The notes under the pieces are model-generated. The model saw only the letters and a program-made list of their open reading frames with translations, ran no database searches and was not told where the DNA came from. The position numbers were made by a program, and so were the translations under genes. From NCBI GenBank assembly GCA_050952625.1, contig JBMNLH010000001.1, positions 544,001 to 608,000 of the forward strand: a stretch of 64,000 bases of DNA. Reading direction: 5' to 3'. Source of the stretch: Bacillota bacterium (GTDB taxonomy: Bacteria > Bacillota > Ch66 > Ch109). Positions within the stretch are counted from its first letter, which is position 1, and every line of letters starts with the position of its first letter. Below are positions 21,046-30,644 of this stretch, in pieces.

Positions 21046-21272
21046 AATACTTCAGCTCCTTTTTAAATTCTTAACTACCCGTTTTTTAAGTAACCCATCG
21101 AATCATCCTGGCGGCAAATACACAGGGTTGCTGATTCTTTAGTTTTCGGTTAAAAAACCAACTATCCAGATAAATGCAACTTGAAATCAGAACTGTAATT
21201 AATCTAAAATAATAACCTAAAATAATTCCTCCTTTCTTGTTGCCCTCTTGGCCGTAGGGATTAATTTGTAAG

Positions 21273-21314
21273 AAATAAAAAAGGCCAACTTTGCAAAGAA
21301 AAGCAAAGCTGACC
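21273..21314 (-). terminator. Attenuator terminator downstream of the minus-strand Moco/Tuco riboswitch
   Basis: Minus strand GGTCAGCTTTGC-loop-GCAAAGTTGGCC followed by a T tract. Confidence 0.7.
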
Positions 21315-21337
21315 CACCAGCCTATAAATTTTAACTT

Positions 21338-21450
21338 GCTCTCCTTTCCAAACACGGGAGGCGCAGCCGTTTCCAGCTACACCCTTCGGCTCAGCAGCCT
21401 TGCCAAAAATAGGTTTGTAAATATGGTTTAGGCTAAAGAACTCGGAGATA
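21338..21450 (-). ncRNA. Moco-class riboswitch (P3-less) upstream of the ABC/radical SAM operon
   Basis: Minus strand CTCCGAG...CCTAA...GGC...CCGAAGGGTGTAGCT-GGAAAC-GGCTGCGCCTCCCGTGTTTGGAAAGGAG. Confidence 0.85.
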
Positions 21451-21697
21451 TAAAATTGTCTTATGTTTAATTGGGTTATTTGATTAATTGAACTACTACA
21501 GTAAGGTTATTTATAATTGTTAAGATGATAACTTGTAAAAGCAAAAATAATAATTATGGCTTTTTCTAGATTCCTGATCATCTTTATTCGACACGAAAAC
21601 ATGAATTCCTGCAATTTCCCAATTAAATTTGTTTAAAGCAAAGCAGGATTTTGGCGAATTTAATCGAATTAAGCATCTATTAAAATATATATTATCA

Positions 21698-21792
21698 GCT
21701 CACCGAGCCTGCCGCCTAAGTCTTAAGATATGGCTACCAGGCCAATGGGTACAAGAGGAAACTTTTGTGCCTCCCGTTTTGGAAAGGAGGGC
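21698..21792 (+). ncRNA. Moco-class riboswitch (P3-less) upstream of tsaA-fmdE/modD
   Basis: CACCGAGCCTG...CCTAAG...CAGGCCAATGGGTACAAGA-GGAAAC-TTTTGTGCCTCCCGTTTTGGAAAGGAG. Confidence 0.85.
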
Positions 21793-21813
21793 TTTTTTTG
21801 TCTGAGACATAAC

Positions 21814-21850
21814 AAAGCTATGCCTTTTTTTAGCATAGCTTTAATTGTTT
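21814..21850 (+). terminator. Attenuator terminator after the riboswitch
   Basis: AAAGCTATGC-loop-GCATAGCTTT followed by a T-rich tract. Confidence 0.6.
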
Positions 21851-21922
21851 TACCTGAATCAGACTGGTGGAGTAGAGTCTCCATCTGCAGCCTCAATTTT
21901 CAGCGAAGCTGAACGATTTCAC
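21849..21922 (+). mobile_element. Internally deleted mini-IS element, copy 4
   Basis: TTTAC|CTGAATC...GGTGGAGTAGAGTCTCCATCTG...TTCAGCGAAGCTGAACGATTTCAC. Confidence 0.55.
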
Positions 21923-21973
21923 AATGAGAAAGTAAATTTAGTTAAAACACTGCGTAAATTATTATAAAAAGGA

Positions 21974-22798
21974 ATGATAAAAACAATGACAGAGTCTATC
22001 AAGCTAACTCCAATTGGCCGAGTGCATAATGATTATATTGATCCTGCCCAACCCAGAGTATCGGTCATGCAATCTACGATTGAGGTATTCCCCGAATATG
22101 CAGAGGGCTTACTGCGGTTGGATGAACATTCCCATATCTGGTTACTTGGTTGGTTCCATCTGTCCCAAAGGGATGTGCTTCGGGTTGTTCCCCGAATGAA
22201 TAAAGAGCTTGGGGAATATGGAGTGTTTGGCCTGAGGACCTTTAGCCGGCCAAATCCCATTGGGCTCACCGTTGTCAAATTGGAAAGTATCCAGGGAAAT
22301 ATGCTGACCGTCTCCAATCTTGATTTTATCAACGGCACTTTTATTCTAGATATTAAACCTTATTATGATCAAGATATTATTTTTTCGCCAATTCTCCCCT
22401 ATATCAAACCGACTGATCCTAACACACTGGAAGCCATATTGATGAAGAAGGCTCTGAACCACCACGGAGAAAAATGCGCCCAATTGATGATCGCCGTGAA
22501 AATGGCTGTGCTGGCGGAAAAAGAGTTTGGCCTGCTGACGGCACATGATCTTAAAGTCTCGGTGACCGGTTCCCGATGTTTGGGAGATGCCTTGCAAGGA
22601 ATTACGTTAGCTAAGCTGGCCAATCCCAGTCGTTTTAAATTTGAGGAAAATGATGAACAGGCAATCTCGGTTTGGGAAAAGGGTAACCGGGCAATAATAA
22701 TTACATTTAAGGGCAATAAAGACGATCAAGCTCGTAATCAACTAACAGAATTACCGTCAGACCAGCAGTTTGAAATTCAGTATAAGGAAGGTGTCTAG
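21974..22798 (+). CDS. TsaA/TrmO-like SAM-binding domain fused to an FmdE-like domain
   Basis: LTPIG, GVFGLRTFSRPNPIGLT and LDIKPY (TrmO); HHGEKC and CLGDALQ (FmdE-like). Confidence 0.8.
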   Translation: MIKTMTESIKLTPIGRVHNDYIDPAQPRVSVMQSTIEVFPEYAEGLLRLDEHSHIWLLGWFHLSQRDVLRVVPRMNKELGEYGVFGLRTFSRPNPIGLTVVKLESIQGNMLTVSNLDFINGTFILDIKPYYDQDIIFSPILPYIKPTDPNTLEAILMKKALNHHGEKCAQLMIAVKMAVLAEKEFGLLTAHDLKVSVTGSRCLGDALQGITLAKLANPSRFKFEENDEQAISVWEKGNRAIIITFKGNKDDQARNQLTELPSDQQFEIQYKEGV

Positions 22799-22800
22799 AA

Positions 22801-23646
22801 ATTATCTACTTTACCGAGGAGAGTATTGATAAGTTTATTAAAGAGGACACACCTTATTTAGATCTGACTACTCTAGTTCTGGATATTGCCGGGAAAAAAG
22901 GGAGAATAGAATATATTTGCCGGGAAGAAGCGGTGATTTGCGGGACTGAAGAGGTTGTAAGAATATTTAATAAGCTGAACATCAAGCCTTTACACTATCT
23001 TGCTTCTGGTTCTAAGGTCGGTCCCCGCACCAGTGTAGTCGCAGCAGAAGGTAATGCAGAGGACCTACACATGGCCTGGAAGGTGTCGATGAATATCTTA
23101 GAGTATGCATCAGGTATTGCCACCAGAACGTATCGAATCTTGAACAAAGCCCGACAAGCTAATCCCAAAATCGAACTTCTTGCCACACGTAAGGTTTTTC
23201 CAGGCACCAAGGAGTTGTCAATCAAGGCGGTGGTAGCCGGCGGAGGCCTTCCTCACCGGCTAGGTTTATCAGAAACGGTTCTTATCTTTCAGCAGCACTT
23301 AAATTTCATTGGCGGGGTTGAGGCACTAATCTCCAAGTTGGATGAACTCAAAGCAAGAATCATCGAAAAAAAGGTGTTCGTTGAAGTGGAGACAGTAGAA
23401 GACGCTTTGCGGTTATGCCGGGCCGGAGTGCATGGCCTGCAATTTGATAAAGTAGCTCCTGCGGAATTGACCAAAGCCGTTGAGCAGATCAGAGCTAATT
23501 ATGACAATGTTGTTCTTCTGGCGGCGGGCGGCATCAATGAAAACAATGCGGAAGCTTACGCCCAGACCGGGGTGGATGGGTTGATTACCTCGGCGGTGTA
23601 TTATGGTAAGCCGATTGATTTTGGGACAAGGATAGTCCAGCTTTAA
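22801..23646 (+). CDS. modD: ModD protein (NadC/quinolinate phosphoribosyltransferase-like), probable ATT start
   Basis: The frame extends 44 codons upstream of the ORF-track start with the ModD-type N-terminus IYF..IDKFIKEDTPYLDLTT; TRKVFPG, HRLGLSET, LLAAGGIN. Confidence 0.85.
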   Translation: MIYFTEESIDKFIKEDTPYLDLTTLVLDIAGKKGRIEYICREEAVICGTEEVVRIFNKLNIKPLHYLASGSKVGPRTSVVAAEGNAEDLHMAWKVSMNILEYASGIATRTYRILNKARQANPKIELLATRKVFPGTKELSIKAVVAGGGLPHRLGLSETVLIFQQHLNFIGGVEALISKLDELKARIIEKKVFVEVETVEDALRLCRAGVHGLQFDKVAPAELTKAVEQIRANYDNVVLLAAGGINENNAEAYAQTGVDGLITSAVYYGKPIDFGTRIVQL

Positions 23647-23725
23647 AACCTTAGATGATGATGGAAAACATAAAAGCGAGTGCTACCACGCTGTTCTCGC
23701 CTCTTGGGAGAAAAGCAGGCAAATT

Positions 23726-23762
23726 CAAGACCCCTACTTCTATAAGGAAGTAGGGGTTGATT
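23726..23762. terminator. Hairpin between convergent genes (bidirectional terminator-like)
   Basis: ACCCCTACTTC-tataag-GAAGTAGGGGT; related to the mini-IS hairpin. Confidence 0.6.
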
Positions 23763-23767
23763 CTTGT

Positions 23768-25267
23768 CTAGGGCAACTCAATGGTCTTGAAACTAATACT
23801 ATAGTCGATAGTGGCTGGTGAGATATTTTGCCCACCGGCTTCTGCTTCTGGTTGCTGGAAAATCAGGCTCATGTTTCTTTCTGTCGTTTTTACGGGATAG
23901 AGCGACCCGGGGGCAGTCTGATTAATCAGCAGACGATAGGGATCCAGGTGGCCAAAATAGTATTCCTTGACGCGTTCTTTTTGGGCCTCGCTGAATCCAC
24001 GAGCGAGGCAGATGGTCTTAGCCATGGCCGGATCAACTGGAATCCATCCATAATTAGGTAAATAGAACTCTGCCCAGGTCCAGGGAGCCTCATACCCGGG
24101 GATTAGTCGATAGCCGCTGTTTACCCGAGCCGGAACCCCGGCTGTTCGACAGAGGTTGGTAAAGAGAAAAGCCTGAAGAGTCGAATCGCCGGCTTTTTTA
24201 TCAAGCAGATAATGGCTGGCCGAAGACGCTGACACCAAAGGATAAGAGACATGGCTCATTTTAATATTGTCTTGGATCCAGTTGTATATCCTTTGGGCTT
24301 TTCGATAAGGATTTTCTTCTTCAGCCACGATTTGAGCCGCTAGTTCCTTCATTTGGGAACTTTGTTCCAGATGAGGTTCTGACTTGGTAAATCGTTGATA
24401 CAGTTCGTCTTCAGGGAGATATGTTCCGACCAGGTCCGGGTTTATTTGCGGACTTATTTCATAAGTTTTAAAACTGTAGGATAGGTCCAGGTAAAGGTCT
24501 TGATTATTAGTGTTTTTCATTTCCACATAAGCAGTACCAATCTCTCGATCAAGCTGCGGTGGATACAGTAGACTAGCCTGGGGATTGACTGATACCAAGT
24601 GCACCTCTGTCTGGGAGGGTGCGAGGATCGGATAAGGAATCCAGCAGCTAACAGTCTGATAAGGCGGTAACTTAGTGTAATCAAATTTTACACGACAATT
24701 GGCTTGAAAGGTTCTGGGATTTTGTAAGACCTGGATTCTTGATTGATTTGGGTTGCCTAACACAAAAGGGGTCAGTTGGCCAGCTAGAGCGGTATGGTAT
24801 TCATTCCAGCCGATCAGACGTTGGGCAATCTGCGGATCCTGATAGGCCATGTTCTCGATAAGATTAGTGTGGTATCGTTTCTGACCATCAATAAATCTTG
24901 CTTCTACTAAGCCTTGGAGTTCCCAATTGTTTAAGTCGTTTGACTGGAAGTACCGAATTTTTTGAGACATGAGCTGAAGAACGGCCGGCATGTCCAAACT
25001 GTAATCCTCGGCTAACTGCAAGGTTCGCGCAATCCCTTCGTTGGCTTGGTTTAGTTTGTCTTGATTTCCCTGTCGCTCAAAAAGATCTCGGGCTTGGGTG
25101 TATTTTAAACGCGCTAAAGTGAGCTCCCCGTTGGTCTCCAGATCCCGGGCTTCTTTATAGTGCTGGTCCGCAATACTAAAGGTAGACCCCAGGGTAGACC
25201 CTGAGTCGAGAGCAGGACGCAAAAAAAGATAAGCCCCTAGGCCAAGGCCAGAGCCTATAAGAACCAT
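23768..25267 (-). CDS. Membrane-anchored transglutaminase-like domain protein
   Basis: N-terminal TM; KAQRIYNWI, LCRTAGVPAR, WAEFYLPNYGWIPVDP. The catalytic Cys and His appear replaced (GDST; PWTW). The start may lie further upstream (ATT at 25312). Confidence 0.75.
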   Translation of the reverse strand: MVLIGSGLGLGAYLFLRPALDSGSTLGSTFSIADQHYKEARDLETNGELTLARLKYTQARDLFERQGNQDKLNQANEGIARTLQLAEDYSLDMPAVLQLMSQKIRYFQSNDLNNWELQGLVEARFIDGQKRYHTNLIENMAYQDPQIAQRLIGWNEYHTALAGQLTPFVLGNPNQSRIQVLQNPRTFQANCRVKFDYTKLPPYQTVSCWIPYPILAPSQTEVHLVSVNPQASLLYPPQLDREIGTAYVEMKNTNNQDLYLDLSYSFKTYEISPQINPDLVGTYLPEDELYQRFTKSEPHLEQSSQMKELAAQIVAEEENPYRKAQRIYNWIQDNIKMSHVSYPLVSASSASHYLLDKKAGDSTLQAFLFTNLCRTAGVPARVNSGYRLIPGYEAPWTWAEFYLPNYGWIPVDPAMAKTICLARGFSEAQKERVKEYYFGHLDPYRLLINQTAPGSLYPVKTTERNMSLIFQQPEAEAGGQNISPATIDYSISFKTIELP

Positions 25268-25321
25268 AATTATGCCTATGATTAGATGCTTAACTGTTTT
25301 CGTAGTAATAATTTCTACCCC

Positions 25322-26269
25322 CTAAACCAGGTACGAGAAAACCCGTTGAATATAGTTATTTGTTTCCTTGAATGGAGGGATTCCTCCGTATTTTTGAACA
25401 TTTCCCGGACCGGCATTGTAAGCGGCTAAGGCCAAAGTCAAGTTATTGTCAAACTTATCCAGCATTTGTCGGAGGTAGCGGGTACCGCCTTCGATATTTT
25501 CGGCTGGATCCCAGGCATTTTTTACGCCAAGTGCTCGGGCGGTATCCGGCATTAACTGCATTAAACCACGGGCCCCGGCCCGCGATAATGCCAGAGGATT
25601 AAAGTTAGATTCGGCTTTAATCACTGCTTTGATTAGGTCTGCCGCCACGTTGTATTTTTGACTGGCTGATTCGATAAGCTGGTTCCATGATCCATTATCG
25701 TGTCTAGGTGAAGATTGCTTAGGAACTGAGCGATCCTGCTGCGTAAGGGATTGAGTTTGTTGTTGATTATTCAGGACATTAGTTTTGGGCAACGTCGGTT
25801 TAGTTACACTTGCCTCTGCTGGATTTACCTTTTCTGATGGCAGGTTTTCCGCCAGTTGTTGATATAGTTGGTCCGCTAAGCCTAAGTTCCCATTTTGGGA
25901 CACTATTTTGGCGTATTCTTCGTCTAGCATTGATTCGAAAATATCCAGGCCAACACTTTCCCCAAAAAGATTTGTCTTTGGTATAGAATTCCGCATCGAA
26001 CGAAGCATCTGATATACCATAACGCTTTCGAGCTCCTGACAGGCGGATCGCAACTGCGCGTGTTGACTATTGATGGCTAGCTTTGTGCTTTGGAGTGATG
26101 GTGTTGATTGATTAGGCGAAGAATTTAGTGAGTTTAGCAAGAGATTATCAAAAGTGCTCGAACCCGTATTTGTTTTGGTACTTTCAGGCAAGGCTGACTG
26201 AGTCGGTTTTATCATCCGATACATGGTATCAGTCAAACCAATCAGATTATTAAACATATTGTTAGACAT
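25322..26269 (-). CDS. FlgJ-type rod-binding domain fused to an SLT lytic transglycosylase
   Basis: [16 protein letters not shown] and [10 protein letters not shown] (rod-binding); [17 protein letters not shown] and AAYNAG (SLT). Confidence 0.85.
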   Translation of the reverse strand: MSNNMFNNLIGLTDTMYRMIKPTQSALPESTKTNTGSSTFDNLLLNSLNSSPNQSTPSLQSTKLAINSQHAQLRSACQELESVMVYQMLRSMRNSIPKTNLFGESVGLDIFESMLDEEYAKIVSQNGNLGLADQLYQQLAENLPSEKVNPAEASVTKPTLPKTNVLNNQQQTQSLTQQDRSVPKQSSPRHDNGSWNQLIESASQKYNVAADLIKAVIKAESNFNPLALSRAGARGLMQLMPDTARALGVKNAWDPAENIEGGTRYLRQMLDKFDNNLTLALAAYNAGPGNVQKYGGIPPFKETNNYIQRVFSYLV

Positions 26270-26360
26270 CCTGCTTCACCCATTTCTATCCACAGAAGAT
26301 TACTGTCTGATATTGCAACTATTTTGATATTGATTTTATAGAGTAACCATAATTTCAAAT

Positions 26361-27149
26361 TTAACGTTTTAGGTTATTCGCCATCCCTAGCATATCGTCA
26401 GAAGTCTGAATTACTTTAGAGTTTATTTCATAAGCCCGCTGGGCTGTAATCATATTAATCATTTCTTCAACTACTTGAACGTTTGAGGCTTCCAGAAAGC
26501 CGGGCTCCAGTCTAATCGTTCCATCGGCGGTCGGGTCCCAAATAATTGGCTCACCGGAGGAGGCGGAACGTCGGTAGAGATTATGACCCATTTTATCAAG
26601 TCCAGCGGGATTAATAAATTTCACTAGTTCCAGTTGTCCACCCGGGGTTGGTTCTTGATTCCCCGGTTCGCTATAAGTAATTGCCCCGGTTTGAGAAATC
26701 GCAATATCTGTGGCCTCGGGCGGAAAGGTGTCGGCTCCGACTACCAAATAGCCGTTGGAGGTTACTAACTGGCCTTCGCTATCAATCTTAAATGAACCGT
26801 CCCGGGTATATAAAGGCTCATCATAACCAGGTACCTCAATCTGAAAAAAGGCCGGACCATTTATCGCTATATCCAATGGATTTTCCGTCGAAATCAGATT
26901 GCCGTCATTAAATAGCGTTTGGATCGCTGTTGGCCGTACTCCTAGTCCTAGTTGCAATCCCAAGGGCTGGGCGATGTCGTTTTGATCGATTGCTGGTTTG
27001 CGAATCGTGGTATAAAGCAGGTCCTGAAACTCGGTCCGCGCTTTTTTGAAGCCGGTGGTATTAACATTGGACAGGTTGTGTGCAATAGTATCAATGTTTA
27101 ATTGCTGAGCCGTCATCCCCTGCCTAGCGGTATGTAACGCATGCATCAT
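26361..27149 (-). CDS. flgG: Flagellar basal-body rod protein FlgG
   Basis: AHNLSNVNTTGFKK, YTRDGSF, LEASNVQVVEEM, AQRAYEINSK. Confidence 0.92.
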   Translation of the reverse strand: MMHALHTARQGMTAQQLNIDTIAHNLSNVNTTGFKKARTEFQDLLYTTIRKPAIDQNDIAQPLGLQLGLGVRPTAIQTLFNDGNLISTENPLDIAINGPAFFQIEVPGYDEPLYTRDGSFKIDSEGQLVTSNGYLVVGADTFPPEATDIAISQTGAITYSEPGNQEPTPGGQLELVKFINPAGLDKMGHNLYRRSASSGEPIIWDPTADGTIRLEPGFLEASNVQVVEEMINMITAQRAYEINSKVIQTSDDMLGMANNLKR

Positions 27150-27403
27150 TTGTTTCTACCCCCACTTAATAATCTTAGTGCTTCAGTCGGTCCGCACTAG
27201 GGAGGCCCCTGTTAAAACAGTCCAGCCTCGTAATACACTATTTTGACATTTTTCTAGAGATTCCTGCTTTTGGATCAAAAAATTTTCCAATAAAGCTAAA
27301 AAATTTCTATCGAAGAAGTCGAATTTCGGACCATTCATTCTAGAAATATTTATGGATTAATGATAAAGTAATCAATAATGGAATGGTCGTGGGAGGTGAA
27401 TAA

Positions 27404-27649
27404 ATGTCAGTATTCGGGTTTTTGCCCAGTGTGGGGCCGTGGGAACTAATTTTAATTTTAGTCATTGCCTTAATTATTTTCGGGCCTGGCAAATTACCGG
27501 AGGTTGGACGTTCTCTGGGCAAGAGTATCAATGAATTTAAACGAGCTTCGGTAGATATTAAAAAACAAATTGAGGACGAGGTTAAAGAAGTAAAACAGGT
27601 TACAGAAGACACCACGATCAGTAATAATGCTGCTAAAGAAAAGGTTTAA
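27404..27649 (+). CDS. tatA: Twin-arginine translocase subunit TatA
   Basis: [30 protein letters not shown]; RBS GGAGGTG. Confidence 0.93.
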   Translation: MSVFGFLPSVGPWELILILVIALIIFGPGKLPEVGRSLGKSINEFKRASVDIKKQIEDEVKEVKQVTEDTTISNNAAKEKV

Positions 27650-27699
27650 AGAAAAGGTCTATGCAAAATGTTTAATAATAACAACAATTAGATTACTTG

Positions 27700-27729
27700 T
27701 TGACAGAAAGGCGAAAGATGTGTTATCTT
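27700..27729 (+). promoter_or_regulatory. Putative sigma-A promoter of the met operon
   Basis: TTGACA-N18-TATCTT with a TG extension. Confidence 0.55.
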
Positions 27730-27788
27730 TATCGCCGGTATGTTAAACCGGATATTATTCCGATCATCAACTGAATACCGGATAGGTA

Positions 27789-27920
27789 CTCTTATCCAGA
27801 GAGGTGGAGGGATGGGCCCGATGAAACCCGGCAACCAGACAACTGAAGGGAACACAGCTCCAATCAGTCGTCCGCGGTGCCAATTCCCACAGAATACGTT
27901 TGTATTCTGATAGATGAGAG
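27789..27920 (+). ncRNA. SAM-I (S-box) riboswitch
   Basis: CTCTTATCCAGAGAGGTGGAGGGA..GGCCCGATGAAACCCGGCAACC...GGTGCCAATTCC...GATGAGAG. Confidence 0.95.
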
Positions 27921-27935
27921 AAGGGCCGGCTGACT

Positions 27936-27964
27936 AAACCCCTTCTTAATCGAAGGGGTTTTTA
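27936..27964 (+). terminator. S-box attenuator terminator
   Basis: AAACCCCTTC-loop-GAAGGGGTTTTT. Confidence 0.85.
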
Positions 27965-28068
27965 TATGAGTGCTGTTTATATAGCTGTTCATATGATTTT
28001 GTTTAAGTAGATACAATTAGATTGACATTATTTTAACGGATCTCACCTTTTCATTAAGCTTCAAAGGA

Positions 28069-30531
28069 GTGGGTGCATTGGAGTCAAACAGTAAACTAGG
28101 AAAATGGGTCAAGGAACGGGTTTTAGTTCTGGATGGAGCGATGGGGACCATGCTGCAGGCCCGGGGGCTTAAGCCAGGTGAGTGTCCGGAATTGCTGAAT
28201 TTAACCAAACCAGAGGCGGTCCAGGCGGTTCACCAGGCCTACGTCGAGGCCGGGGCCAGCATTATTCAAACCAATACCTTTGGGGGCAATCGTTATAAAC
28301 TTGGGGAATACGGCTTGGCCGGGCAAGTCAAAGAAATTAATCAGGCAGCGGTTCGTCTGGCTCGGGAAGTGGCCGGAGATAGAGCTCTAGTGGCTGTATC
28401 TATCGGACCGACGGGCTTGCTTAGTGAACCCTATGGCGAGGCCACTTTTGATCATTTTTATGCCGCTTTTGCGGAACAAGCCCGGGCGGTCGAAGAGGCC
28501 GGGGCTGATTTGATTAGCCTTGAGACCATGTCTGACTTACAAGAGATCCGGGCTGCGTTGATTGCGGTCAAAGAAAATACCAGCCGGCCGGTCCTGGCCC
28601 AGATGACTTTTGAACCGAACGGGCGGACCATGATGGGGACCGATCCGACCACCGCAGCCGTCGTATTGGAAGCATTGGGAGCGGATGCAGTAGGGGCTAA
28701 TTGTTCCGGCGGTCCAGCTGAATTGCTGACTGTGCTGCAGGAGATGGCTCAGGTTACCAGTCTACCCCTGGTGGTGCAGCCTAATGCTGGTCTGCCCCGG
28801 TTGGTCGACGGCCGGACGGTCTTTGATCAGACCCCCGAGACCATGGCTGCCTATGCCGTAAAGTTATTAGAAACTGGGGCCTGGATCATCGGCGGGTGCT
28901 GCGGCACCACCCCAGAGCATATTCAGGCGATCAGTCAGGCGTTACAAGGCAAAAGAGTGGTGGTCCGGCCACGTCAGCGGTATTCTACCCTGACCAGCCG
29001 GTCCCAAACGGTGATAATTGCGGCCGACCATCCGCCGGTATTTGTGGGCGAGCGCATTAATCCAACGGCCCGAAAAAAGTTAGCTCAGGATATTCGGGAA
29101 GGCCGGATGCAGATGGTCCTAGATGAAGCCCGAGGCCAGGTGGAGGCTGGGGCCCCGATCCTGGATGTGAATATGGGTGTCCCCGGCATTGACGAGCCGG
29201 CCGCGATGAAACAGGCGGTTATTCAGATTCAGGGAGCCGTGAAAGTTCCGCTATCCCTTGATTCAGCCAATCCAGCGGCAATCGAAGCCGGGCTCAAGGC
29301 CTATGCCGGCAAAGCCCTCATTAATTCGGTTAATGGGGAAGAAAAAAGCTTGCGGGTAGTTCTCCCGCTAGCTCGAAAATATGGGGCAGCGGTATTAGGT
29401 TTAACGTTAGATGAGCGAGGAATTCCGGCGACTGCCGAAGAACGGCTAGCGATCGCCGGTCGGATTGTTCAGGCGGCAGAGGAGTATGGGATTGCCCGGG
29501 AGGATGTCTATATCGACTGTCTGGTTCAAACAGCCAGCGCGCAACAGGTTCAAGTGATGGAGACCTTGAAGGGAGTACAACTAGTTAAGGAAAAACTGGG
29601 GGTTAAGACCATGCTGGGCGTGAGTAATGTGTCGCACGGCCTCCCGGCCCGGGAAATACTCAATTCTACTTTCTTGGCCATGGCCCTTGGATTTGGTCTG
29701 GATCTCCCAATTATTAACCCCTTTGATCAGCGGATGCGGGAGGTTCTGGCGGCTGCGGCGGTTTTGACTAATCGGGATCAGTACTGCGGGCGATATATCG
29801 AACAGTTTAAGGATTATGCAGCCGCAACCAAGCCGGCTCCAACTGCGGTTAAAACGGAGGCAATAGTTGCCGCCAAGCCAGCCACGAGCGAGGCAGTTGA
29901 CATATCGATCAAATCGAGAATTCAACAAGCGATTATTGACGGCGACCGGAACAGTATTCAGGAACTGATTCAGCAGGCCCTAGTGCTAGGATTAAAACCG
30001 CTGGCTTTAGTGAATGAAGCGATGATTCCGGGAATCGACGAAGTAGGCCGACGTTATGAGGATCAGACTTTTTTTCTGCCCCAGCTGATCCTAGGGGCAG
30101 AAACCATGAAGGCCGGCTTTGAGGTATTGCGGCCACTGCTGAGTAGTAATGAGGGCCGGTCCGTCGGGAAAATTGTCCTGGCCACGGTGCAGGGAGACAT
30201 CCACGACATTGGCAAAAACATAGTGGCAGTCATGCTGGAGAATTACGGATTTCAGGTGATTGATTTGGGCAAGGATGTTCCAACGATAGAGATAGTTGAG
30301 CGCGCGGAAAAAGAACAGGCTGAGCTAATCGGACTGAGTGCCTTGATGACCACCACCATGCCGCGAATGGCGGAAGTAGTCAGTGAGGTGCGGAAACGAG
30401 GTCTGGCTGCCCGGGTCATGATTGGGGGAGCCGTGGTGACCGAGGATTATGCCCGGAAGATTGGAGCAGATGCTTACGCGGCGGATGCCCGGGCTGGGGT
30501 GTTGCGGGCGTTGGAACTGGTGGGCGCTTAA
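28069..30531 (+). CDS. metH: B12-dependent methionine synthase lacking the C-terminal SAM-reactivation domain
   Basis: DGAMGT, GANC and GGCCGT (Hcy/Zn); GERINPT pterin-binding domain; DIHDIGKN and SALMTTT B12-binding motifs. Confidence 0.92.
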   Translation: MGALESNSKLGKWVKERVLVLDGAMGTMLQARGLKPGECPELLNLTKPEAVQAVHQAYVEAGASIIQTNTFGGNRYKLGEYGLAGQVKEINQAAVRLAREVAGDRALVAVSIGPTGLLSEPYGEATFDHFYAAFAEQARAVEEAGADLISLETMSDLQEIRAALIAVKENTSRPVLAQMTFEPNGRTMMGTDPTTAAVVLEALGADAVGANCSGGPAELLTVLQEMAQVTSLPLVVQPNAGLPRLVDGRTVFDQTPETMAAYAVKLLETGAWIIGGCCGTTPEHIQAISQALQGKRVVVRPRQRYSTLTSRSQTVIIAADHPPVFVGERINPTARKKLAQDIREGRMQMVLDEARGQVEAGAPILDVNMGVPGIDEPAAMKQAVIQIQGAVKVPLSLDSANPAAIEAGLKAYAGKALINSVNGEEKSLRVVLPLARKYGAAVLGLTLDERGIPATAEERLAIAGRIVQAAEEYGIAREDVYIDCLVQTASAQQVQVMETLKGVQLVKEKLGVKTMLGVSNVSHGLPAREILNSTFLAMALGFGLDLPIINPFDQRMREVLAAAAVLTNRDQYCGRYIEQFKDYAAATKPAPTAVKTEAIVAAKPATSEAVDISIKSRIQQAIIDGDRNSIQELIQQALVLGLKPLALVNEAMIPGIDEVGRRYEDQTFFLPQLILGAETMKAGFEVLRPLLSSNEGRSVGKIVLATVQGDIHDIGKNIVAVMLENYGFQVIDLGKDVPTIEIVERAEKEQAELIGLSALMTTTMPRMAEVVSEVRKRGLAARVMIGGAVVTEDYARKIGADAYAADARAGVLRALELVGA

Positions 30532-30644
30532 ATAAAAGAGAAAAAAGACATGATCTTTTTGACGTTGCCCCAAGGACGCAAGCACCTTTGAAAATAACAC
30601 AAAGGATAAGAAACCGTGTTAGTACCGAATAGGGAGGGAATTGA

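Noticed and set aside
21086-21355. 89-aa ORF upstream of the ABC operon
   Set aside because: Overlaps the riboswitch and its terminator; no recognisable protein features.
21814-21843. Third ModE-like operator (GCTATG...CATAGC)
   Set aside because: The spacer is 11 rather than 10 nt, and its position after the aptamer with a T tract fits a terminator.
21730-21912. 60-aa ORF
   Set aside because: Lies wholly within the riboswitch, terminator and mini-IS sequence.
23768-26269. Amber read-through fusing the flgJ-like and transglutaminase-like genes
   Set aside because: The same frame arises by chance one time in three; the SLT domain ends naturally at the TAG, and the window holds no pyrrolysine genes.
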